From Felis catus (lineage: Eukaryota), in the NCBI RefSeq assembly GCF_018350175.1, contig NC_058377.1, positions 106,268,001 to 106,332,000 of the forward strand: DNA of 64,000 bases. Direction: 5' to 3'. Shown in pieces: positions 48,801-59,100 of the stretch; the first letter of the stretch is position 1; each line of letters opens with the position of its first letter. The position numbers were made by a program, and so were the translations under genes. The notes under the pieces were generated by a model, which worked only from the letters and a program-made list of their open reading frames with translations, was not told where the DNA came from and did no database searches.

Positions 48801-51800
48801 GAGAGGTTGAGGATCTTCAGGTTGGGTGCTTTCTGCACCAGGCTGGACATGTCATCCAGCCTGTACAGCCTGTTGTTGCTCAAGTTCAAGGACAACAGCT
48901 GCGGGCAGAGGAAAGTTTAGAGGAAGCGCCGCCAACAGAGGGTTCAGAGACGCACCTGCCTCCCAACCCCATCCTACCCACCCCACCCCGCCCTCCTCCC
49001 CTCTCAAAACGGGACAAAGGCCTCACCTCGGGGATGTTCTCCTCGATGATCCGCAGGGTGGCCGCCATGCAGCTCCTGCGATTCAGGACAACATCAATGT
49101 TCTGGGCCACCAAGTCTTCAGGAAACAGAAAGGAAGGAAAGGCGAGTCTGAGAGGGCTTTCCCAGGTCAGAGTTAGTACCAAACCATTCTCAAACCGTCC
49201 CCGTCTGACAGATCCCCCCGCTCGGTCCCCACCTCTCTGAGCGGGACAGCTATCAGCCATACCTGGGTCTGAACGGAGGCCCTTCAGGTCAAGCGCTTGT
49301 TGGGAGCCATCATATCGTTTGCTCATGATCAGCTACAGGGGAAGGAAAATGGGCCGGTGGTCACTGGGGCTCTGTGGGGAGAGGGGGGGTGGCAGGAGTG
49401 CACGTGGGAAGTGGGAGGGCTGGAGGGAAACATGACGCGAGCCTGCCTCACCTTTAGCTGCTCTACTTGTTCCGGCTTCAGCTCGTTCTGTACAGAATGG
49501 GGTGGGACAGAAGAATTGATGATGATAGAGATCTGCAGGGAAGACACAGAGGGCAGGTTGAATTCCGGGGAGGCCTAAGCAGCAGGCCCAAGACCCACCC
49601 CCAGCCACGCCAGGCCCTTTACACACACCCTTCGGTTCTCCTGATCCAAAATCTTATAGTTGACGGCCTTCAACGCAGAGGCGGTACTGGCATCCTCAAC
49701 AAAAAACTGGGCCCGTGTGTTTTCATAGTGAAACTGCACAAAGAAGAAACAAGAACATGAGACTCGGGAGCCCAGGGCCCCTGGTCCAGCTGGCCCCTCG
49801 CCTTCCTTGGTGCCCAGCCAGCCACGCAGGCCTTATCTCACCTCAATGGGGGTGAAAGGGACACTGCACTTGCTCTGAATCACACTCAGGAGCCATGACT
49901 TGTCATATTTTCTGCCATAAGGAATCTAGACGAGAGAAAGAGAAGGGAACAGTGAGGAACGAAGGCTGACCAGCAGCCCCAGTCTACTCCTTTCACACCT
50001 TCCGCCGACCCTCACAAGGTTTTCTAAAGAAAGGGCCAGTTAAAAGTTTTTTGTTTTCTTTCTTTCTTTCTTTTTTTTTTTAACTCAAGCCAGACATGGA
50101 TTCCTTGCCCTCCTTTCTGTCCATTTAAACTTAGCATTTCTTGGGGTGCCTGGGTGGCCCAGTCAGTTAAGTGTCTGACCCTTGATTTCGGTTAAGGTCA
50201 TGATTTCACTTAAGGGAACTTAAGGGACCCGAAGCCCCACACTTGGCTTGAGCCAAATGGAGACATTCAGAGGAATTACTCCACCTCCCAACCAGTTTTC
50301 ATGTTTCCCTTTAGATGGTGTCCCCATCCCTGCCCCCCAGCATCCTGCTTGTCCTACTCCTTTTCTTAACCTGCTCTTGGGTGTTCTAGAAGAAAGGAGA
50401 GACACCTGATTGTGGAGAAAACAGATTTTGTCATGTGAAAAGTAGAAACCTTCATTCTGAGCCCAGCTCCCTGTCTCCCTTGCACATCCACTTCCCCAGA
50501 CACTCACTGTAATCTTAAACCAGTTCTTCGAGGTCCCGTCCTGGCTGGTGCCAGCCCCTCCTCTCTCTGGAAGAGCTCTGTCTCTCCGCACGGTAACATG
50601 AATGCGGTCTCGATCGTGCCAACTGTCACCTCGACGGTTGGGTCGGACAGCATAGGGGTTGCTATGGGGAAGCAGGGAACAAAATGCCCACAAACACTAG
50701 GCATGTCTTCTCCAAGGCCTGCCCACACTGTTGTCAGGATTACAGCTAAGACTGCTCAACCAGGAAGCTGGCCCTGGCATCCCTCACTTTTCCAGGTGGA
50801 AAGAGAAATGACGTGGCCAGTAAGAGAGCTTTATCAAACAAATGGGCCGCTGAATTCAAACCAGATCAACTGGTTACTTACTATCGTACTCGGGGAACCT
50901 CCTGGGCGTCACTCATCGCTACATCTCTGTCATCTTCCTCCAGGCGGGAAGACCGAATGCCAGAACCTCCTCTTCCAGACCTGCGGTTCCCCTCACCATA
51001 TTTCCACCGGAAGGGACCCCGGCCCTTCTTTCTTCTTTGAGGGAAACTAACACGGTCATCGTGCTCTGGGGTTAAAAGCAGAACATCAGTTAGAAAGTAC
51101 ATTGCCAGTCCAGCTACCTTGTTGGGGCAGTCACAGTATCCAGCACCCTGCTATCGGATGAGATACACAGTAACTACAGGGGCCACCTCCCTGCAAACTT
51201 CTGTCTGTTGAGAGAGAACCCTCTCTGTGGCATGGCGGCATGAAGGAAATGTTACTGGAAGACAGTGTAGGGCTTTAGGAAAAGGAATCAGAAACTGGAA
51301 CTAACAGAGAAGAGAAGCACAATGTGGAAGTGTGAGCGGACCCAAAGCAGAACTAGACACAACTCGGACCCCCGGGGAAATTCACCTGAAACTTGCTTGT
51401 TTAGCCTCCCAAATCTATTTAACCCCTCTCAAACTCTGGGTGGTGACCTCTCTCACATCTTCTAAAATCAACCAATCACAGTGATTACATTAGCTTTCAG
51501 TAAACAATACTTTTGCAATACAGAGGACAAACGGCATACGGTTACAAAGGTGGTCAATTTAAAGGCTTTTTAAAAACTCTTGTTCTCAAACTGCCACTCT
51601 GAAGTTTTGGGAGTGAACTCTTCATTTCCTTGGCCAGAAATGCCTTTTTAAAAGAGTCTTTTTTTTTTTTTTTTTTTTTTTTAGTGTTTATTTATTTTTG
51701 AGAGAGAGACCAAGGCAGAGGCAGAGCAGTACTCATGGGGGAGGGGCAGAGAGAGACAGAGACACAGAATCCGAAGCAGGCTCCAGGCTCTGAGCTGTCA

Positions 51801-52914
51801 GCACAGAGCCCAACGCAGGGCTCAAACTCACAAACTGTGAGACCATGACCTGAGCCAAAGTCGGAGGCTTAAATGACTGAGCCACCCCAGGTGCCCCCAG
51901 AAATGCCTTTTAACTCAGGAGACAACTCCTAAGACTCAGGTTCTAATGACAGCTAGGGAGCTTAACAAGGGTCCTTGACTGCTCTCAGGTAACATGACCT
52001 TCTGAATCCTGGTGTGTAGGAATGGCTTATTTAAAAAAAAAAAAAAAAAAAAAGGTCTGTGATTCCTAAAAAGATCTGCCTCTTGCTTAGTAAGTACTCT
52101 GCAAACAATGAACCCTAAGAAATGACCCTGGTGGGGGGGGGGGGGGGGAATAACGAATAGAAGGCACAGCTAACATTCACTGAGAACTCTCTCCAGTGTC
52201 AGGCACTATGCTCCAGGCACCTGATATGAATGATCTCATTTTAGCACATACACGGACACACTAAGAAAATAAACACTGTTACTACCTCCTTACGGGGACA
52301 GAAAGCAAGGCCCGGGAGTGGACTTCACTCAAGCTTAGTGAAGACAACTCAGGATTCAAACCTCGGTCTTCTTGCGCTCCTACCCACTATTCTGGACTAA
52401 AATCCAGTGTAGTGCTCGGACTAGCACAGGGAGCTGGTGTGGAGGTCTGAAACATTAAGCCAAAGCCAAGGCCGCAGGGGAGGCGGGGCAAGACAGACTG
52501 GACGAGGTGGAAAGCAGCACACGGGCAGCCGATGAACTGGGCGGGCACTGACTCACATTAAAGGAAGAGTCTGGCCGCCAAACTGAACTGACAAGCATCA
52601 ACCACCTACAAAGTTCAAAGGAATCTCGCCACCCCGCCGCCAAGCCACCCGCTCCAAGCCGAAGCTCCACGCAACGCCAGGATTCCCGAGCCAACGCCTC
52701 GGGCGCTCAGCCTCGATGGAGGCCGGGCCCCCGGGTGGCCTCGCCCCCGGCCCGCGCCGGCCCCCCCCCCCTCCGCCGCGGACACCCAGCCCCTCGCGGC
52801 CTCCCGCCCCGGGGCTGCGGCCTAGGCCGGCACCGCCCACCGGGCCCCAGATCGCCTCGCTTCCCGCCCAGAGAGCCAGCACTGACCGTTGTAGGACTTC
52901 CCCTCGTCCGCCAT
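42894..52914 (-). CDS. NXF1: NXF1 / TAP, nuclear RNA export factor 1, 618 aa, 21 coding exons
   Basis: complement(join(42894-42932,43052-43112,43820-44002,44538-44610,45198-45240,45365-45480,45585-45643,45750-45857,45993-46048,46128-46196,46506-46542,48550-48659,48791-48898,49027-49115,49263-49332,49452-49532,49629-49733,49842-49925,50508-50661,50882-51065,52887-52914)) = 1857 nt, all [17 protein letters not shown]... with RRM, LRR ([11 protein letters not shown]), NTF2-like and UBA (...[11 protein letters not shown]) domains. Confidence 0.98.
47007..47271. other. assembly gap (265 N) in NXF1 intron 10
   Basis: Run of N. Confidence 1.
47673..47759 (-). other. constitutive transport element (CTE) stem-loop in NXF1 intron 10
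   Basis: Minus strand: GGCCCC...AGCCAGAGACGGGTAAGA-TTCCTCAGGGAAGGAAC-AACCTAAGACAGG...GGGGCC. The two motifs match the remembered internal-loop strands of the MPMV CTE, and the flanking arms are complementary. Confidence 0.88.
48495..48549 (-). CDS. NXF1: intron-10-encoded C-terminal tail of short NXF1 (sNXF1)
   Basis: Reading exon 10 into intron 10 gives (R)[20 protein letters not shown], a 355-aa product. This matches the remembered human sNXF1 tail. Confidence 0.8.
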
Positions 52915-53350
52915 GGCACAGCGCGAAACAGGGCAGGTTCAGGCGCGGGCCACGACCCCGCCAAGCGTCCGAACACCCAAGCACCCCAGCCTAATCGCTC
53001 CTACGCCCGGCGCCACCGCATTTATCCTGCGAACTACGTCGCGCGCCGCCGACGTCCCCCGGTGGTGGGCGGTGCCGCCGAAGGAGCGCGGCCCGCTGCG
53101 CGTGCGCACTCGGCTGGCAGCTGGGTCGGGGCGGAGCTCGCCTCTGCCTACCCCCACCAGAGACCCGGGCGCGGACAGCTCGCGCAAGGTTGGGGCGGGC
53201 CCAGTCGGCCCGCAGTCTGCTTTCTTCTTTCTTCGGGCATCAGCTAGGCCGGCACCTCTGGGGCCAGCGCCGGAGCACATAGGAGGCTGGTGCAGCCCAG
53301 GACTCCGAGAGGAACAGAAAGGGGGTCGCACGAAGGGCCCTCCGAGGAAT
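52640..53350 (-). promoter_or_regulatory. NXF1 CpG-island promoter and exon 1
   Basis: Very CpG-rich, GC boxes, ATGGCGG (YY1-like) overlapping the start codon at 52914. Confidence 0.75.
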
Positions 53351-55073
53351 GGGAGGCCCGGGCCTCGGAGTGGGAGTAATTGTTCATAGACCTCAGTACT
53401 TAAGTCTCGGCCCAACCCTTTGCCAGCTGCGGATATATACCACGCTTGCCTCATCTATAAAATGGATTATCAGGCAATAGAAAACTAGCACGTAAACCCC
53501 AAGAGGGCAGGGTCCTCGACAAATTCATGGGTGTTTTTTTTTTTTTTCTCTAACCCCTGGCTCAGTACCCTGCCTGGCACGCACGAGAACTCAACAAACA
53601 TTTGTGAAATAAATGAATTTCCGATCTCCACATCCTCCCAAGAGTTGCCGAGTCAAAGGAGCATTGCACTTCCGACTTTGGCAAGCAATTGTCTTCACAG
53701 CCTCCTCACCCACCACAGACGTGCTGGGCCAGACCTACATTCTGTGTCAACTGGGCAGTGAGGATGCAAGCAAGACAGTGAGGATGCAAGTGAACAGAGG
53801 CCAAGGGGACCTAGTAAAATGCCTTGGCTAGAAAAGCCATAGGTTCTCCTAGGCGACCCTTCCCCACCCTCCCACCCCGACCCTCGCCAAAGTTCTAGGG
53901 CCAGCGTGGTGTATGGTTATTGTTTTCCTGTAGCTTGAGCTGCTTTGGGGGTGTGTGAGATGGGGGGGAGGGACTCCAGTAACCTCAGAAACTTGGTTGT
54001 GGGTCCTGGCCAAGAAGCATATGAACTTCCCCAGAGGGTGGATATTCCACGCAGGCCTCCATCCTCCTGTGACTGGCTTGGATGAGGGGCTTGGAGGGGA
54101 CCAAGAGCCTCAGTTGGAGCGGGGAACAGATTCTTCGCCTTTCACTCCTTGCAGCAGGCAGAGCTCCTGTGTCATCCAGCTTAAGGAAAAACGGGGCCAG
54201 CTGGTCAGAGGATGCAGCTAAAACAGGTACAAATACTGCTAGAGATGGTCCTGGAAGTTGCTACCAAACAAGGACCCCCTCTGGGGTCCCGATTCCCCCT
54301 CCGAAGGGAAGTTTCCATGCTAATGCAATGCTGCACTTGAGTCCTCCTCCACCTGGAGGCAGTTGTGTACATGGGACCCAAAGCCTGGCCCTTCAAGCCG
54401 TTGGCCCGGCCTTTCGGTCCCTGTACTGGGCGGTGTGCTCGCTGCATAGGCCCTTCGACGCTCCCACCCAGAAATGACGACAGGGCCAGTGAGGCTGACA
54501 GTCTTGCTGTAATTGGGAGAAAATGGGCTGCAGCACATTTGGCAGAGAGAGTCACCAGCAGCCAGAGTTGGGGTTGTGCGGGCAGCCGAGGGGCTCAGGG
54601 CCCCCTGCCTCACGTGGTGAAGAAAGGAAGAAGAAAGGTCAAATTCTAACCCAGATGGGAAAGTTGGTCCCAGGGGGGCAGTTTCGCTTCCTCTCCTCAC
54701 TCGCAGGAAGGTGGGGAAACGGCATCATCTCCCCTTGCTGCTGAAGTTTCCTTTGGAAGAGGCTGGGGAGTTTCTAAAAATCTCCTACCTAGTGGAGACA
54801 ACCTCCTCCACAGGCCCCCAGTTGGCCCTGCTCTCTTTCAGCCACTTCACAGCAGAGTACAAATCCAGAACCGTGTGTTTCGTGGGCCTGAGGGTGGTGA
54901 GGGGAGGACAGGGTGGCCAGAGGCAAAGGGTCAGGGGTCAGGGGCAGTGGCCATTCTCAGCAGTTCTAGGGAAACAGGGCCTTTCTCCCCAGCACCCTGC
55001 ACAGGCTCAGCGGCAGCACTGGCCACCTGCCCTGCCAAAAGGGTTCCAAACCCCCACGAAGTGCCTCAGAGTA

Positions 55074-55213
55074 NNNNNNNNNNNNNNNNNNNNNNNNNNN
55101 NNNNNNNNNNNNNNNNNNNNNNNNNNNNNNNNNNNNNNNNNNNNNNNNNNNNNNNNNNNNNNNNNNNNNNNNNNNNNNNNNNNNNNNNNNNNNNNNNNNN
55201 NNNNNNNNNNNNN
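55074..55213. other. assembly gap (140 N) in STX5 last exon
   Basis: Run of N. Confidence 1.
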
Positions 55214-55241
55214 CTGGGCTCCCAGCACGTTCTCGTCGATC
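55214..55241 (-). CDS. STX5: STX5 (syntaxin-5) last coding exon, visible 5' part only
   Basis: Acceptor ...GTCCCCAG| at 55242, then (R)IDENVLGAQ, the SNARE-motif segment of syntaxin-5. The rest of the exon falls in the 140-N gap. Synteny agrees. Confidence 0.8.
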
Positions 55242-56135
55242 CTGGGGACAGAGCCAAAAGAGGAAAGAGAAGGACACTGGATTAAAAAGAAGGCTATCAT
55301 AGTATAGTTACGGACATGGGAAGATAGTCACAACGTGTGGGAGTGGGAAGCACGTACATACACTGTGATCCCATTTTTGTGTGTGCGCACTTGTGTCCAG
55401 AGAAAGCTCTGGAAGGGCAACGTAGACAAGTCTTGGCTCTGGTTTGAAAATTAGCTCTGCAACTTATTAGCTTATGATCTTGAGCCAGTCATTCAGCCTC
55501 CCGACTCATTTTCCTCAACTGCAAAGGAGGGAAAATGAGGATACACCAACCCGGCCTCTCCGGTTGCTGTCGGCCTTAAACGAGTTAACAGGAGGTGCCC
55601 AACCCTTAGTAAGAGCCGCCAAAATGTTGGCTATTTGAATTTTTTGCTCATCAGGATTTATTGGTTTTCATCTAAAAAACAGTACTGAATTTGTAACAAG
55701 GCGGGGGCGGGGGGGGGGGAGCGGCCATAGATCATTAGAGTTAGGAAATCCCAGCTCTGAGTTAAGACAGGAAGAAAACTGCATGATATGGACAGGAAGC
55801 CAGGGGAGAAGAAAAGCCCTGCAATTAGTCGAACATGTCTCTCCAGCATATAGAGAAGTCCTCAGACGAAGGGCCACCTCTTGAGACACTGCTGAGGAAA
55901 ATAAAACATCTCCCTGCCAAACTGCATATGCAATCCTGAAAACCCAATACAAACCCAGGTCTTTGCAAAGGGAGTCCCTGGGAGCAGAGACCTCTGTGAG
56001 CTCTGGGGACAGAAAAGGTGGAGCCTTGTAATCCAGTTGGAACATGAGAGGCTGGGCCAGTGGCCGTAAGCCCAAGGTCCGCAGAAGGTACTCGTGAGAA
56101 CTGTGAACTAATCTCTGTCCAAATACAAGAGCCCA

Positions 56136-59100
56136 GGGGTGCCGGCTGGCTTATTCAAAAGAGCATGTGACTCTTGATCTTGGGGTTGTTGAGTTCAAGC
56201 CCCGTGTTAAGTGTAGAGATTACACACATGAATACATTTAAAAAGAATTCAGACACAGGAGCCTGGACTGTACACGATTCCCTATTTATATCAGAGTGGC
56301 TAACTAAATTAGTATCAGGTTTCCTACCTTTGGGCTGGAATTTCATTTCTCAGTGTGGATTCCACTGTCATACCCCAGAAAGCTCATCTTGACCATTAGG
56401 AATGGCTTTACTTAACAAAAATGGATAGTCAATGCAGTCTGGCATAAGAAAGATTTTAAACTTTTTTATTTTACTTATTTATTTTGAGAGAGGCAGAGAG
56501 AGAGTGTGCACAGGGGAGGGGCAGAGAGGGAGGGAGAGAGAATCCCAAGCAGGCTCCACACTGTCAGTGCAGAGCCCGCCTCAGGGCCCGAAACCACAAA
56601 CCATGAGATCACGACCCAAGCCGAAATCAAGCGTAGGACACCCAACCGACTGAGCCACCCAGGCGCCCTTGGCCTAAGAAAGATTTTAAATGGGAATCCA
56701 TGAATGAAAACTAATGGGAGAGGGTACTGGTGGTGAAAAATTAGGTATTGGCAGGATACTCGGAGAAAGTAGGGGGGAGTAAAGATGGAAATGATGGGGG
56801 TGGAAAATAATGGGTTGGGAAGAAGGCTGAGGAAAATAGGGAACAAGCCTGCAAGGTGGGGAGGACAAAGGGGTGGATGGATGGAGAGGCAGGAAAAGCC
56901 AGAGCACGAGAAGGTGTGTGTATGTTGGGGATGACAATAAAAAGGAGGTTGAATGGAAGAAAACACTAAACCTAGGGACTGGAAAGATTATTTGACCACA
57001 ATTCAGAGATCTGAGACTTTAGTTTTCGGAGTATAAGTTTCCCCAAAGCTTCCTAAGGACCAACAGAGGAGTTGGGTCATGTTCAGAGGATACAGAAGCT
57101 GCCTTTAAGGAGCTCCACATGGCCAGGTTTAGGAAATCTGACTGTAAAAAAAAATAATGATGGGGCACCCGGGTGGCTCAGCTGGTTGTGTGTAACTCTG
57201 GCTCAGGTCATGATCCCATGGTTCGTGGGTTCGAGCCCCATGTCAGGCTCTGTGCTGACAGCTCAGAGTCTGGAGCCTGCTTCGGATTCTGTGTCTCCCT
57301 CTTTCTAACCCCTCTCCCGCTCACACTCTGTCTCTAAAATAAATATTAAAAAATAATAACAATGATGATGGCGGCGCCTGTGTGACTCAGTAGGTTAAGT
57401 GTCCGACTTTGGCTTAGGTCATGATCTCATGGTTCGTGAGTTCGAGCCTCACATTGGGCTCTGCACTGATGGTGCAGAGCCTGCCTGGGATAATCTTCCT
57501 CCCTTTCTCTCTGCCCCCTCCCTCCCCAGCTCAAAATAAATAAACATAAAATAATAATGGTAATGGATTATCTTACATTGAATAAAAATAATCCATTATT
57601 CCTAGTAATGTTTAAAGGGAAAAACCTCCTTTTTAAAAAAAATTTTTTAACGTTTGTTTATTTTTGAGAGAGAGAGAGTGCACACGAGCAGAGGAGGCGC
57701 AGAGAGAGAGGGAGACACAGCATCTGAAGCAGGCTCCAGGCTCTGAGCTGTCAGGACAGAGCCTGATGTGGGGCTCGAACCCACGAACCACAAGATCATG
57801 ACCTGAGCTGAAGTCAGACACTTAACTGAGTCACCCAGGCACCCACGAAACCTTAAAAAAAAAAAAAAATGGGGGGGGGGCACCTGTGCGGCTCAGTTAA
57901 GCGTCCGACTTTGGCTCAGATCACAATCTCACGGTTCATGAGTTTCAGCCCTACATCGGGCTCTGTGCTGACAGCTCAGAGCCTGGAGCCTGCTTCAGAT
58001 GCTGTGTCTCCCTCTCTCTCTACCCCTCCCCCGCTCTCACTCTGTCTCTCTCTCCCTGTCTCTCAAAAACAAATAAACATTAAAAAGATTTAAAAAAAAT
58101 TTTTTTTTAAATGTTTATTTGTTTTTGAGAGAGAGAGAGACAGAATGTGAGCAAGGGAGGAGCAGAGAGAGAGGGAGACACAGCATCTGAAGCAGGCTCC
58201 AGGCTCTGAGCTGTCAGCATAGCAGGGCTCAAACTCAGGAACCGTGAGATCATGACCCGAGCCGAAGTCAGGATGCTCAACTGACTGAACCCCCCGGGCG
58301 GCCTGAGAAAGCTCCTTCTTTACAGAAGGATTCCAGCTGTAAAAATGTAGCAGAGAGGAAAGAATAAGAGAATTGCCGTGTCGCCATATACAATGTTACA
58401 AATGAATCAGGCAAGGCCCATCCTGGGCGGAAGGAGCTGCAAGTTCACACAGACTCAAATCATCACCCCATGGAAAACGTGGTGGGATGGTCACCACAGT
58501 CAACAAGTGACCAGCCCTGGCATCGCCAAGAAAAGGATGACCTCACCACGCGCCTACTGACAACAATCACCTACACAGCGGGCCAAAAATCTAGAACCTA
58601 CATCCAACCGTGAGGAAACACTGGATAAATACACGCGTGGGACTTTCTGTAAGAGGCACTGGCCTCTTGAAAGGAAAGTCCGTGTCACGAGCAGCAGAGC
58701 CTCAGAAGGCAGACTAAAGAGGCAAGACCATCCAATGCCACCTGTCAATACTGCCTGGGTCTTAAATTGAAGGGGGAAAAATGCTTTTAGCATTTTAGCG
58801 ACTCTTTTCTAGCAGTTAAAAAAAATTTTTTTTAATGTTTATTTATTTTTGAGACAGAGAGAGACAGACCATGAACGGGGGAGGGGCAGAGAGAGAGGGA
58901 GACACAGAATCCAAAGCAGGCTCCAGGCTCTGAGCTGTCAGCACAGAGCCCGACGCGGGACTCGAACCCACAGACCGTGAGATCATGACCTGAGCCGAAG
59001 TCGCAGACTCAACCGACTGAGCCACTCAGGCGCCCCCTTTTCTAGCAGTTTTTAAGAACAGCTGGGGAAATTTCAGTATGCACTAAATACTGGACTGTGC

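Noticed and set aside
52455-53454. Several 130-170-aa ORFs around NXF1 exon 1
   Set aside because: CpG-island artefacts; Pro/Arg/Gly-rich and overlapping in all frames.
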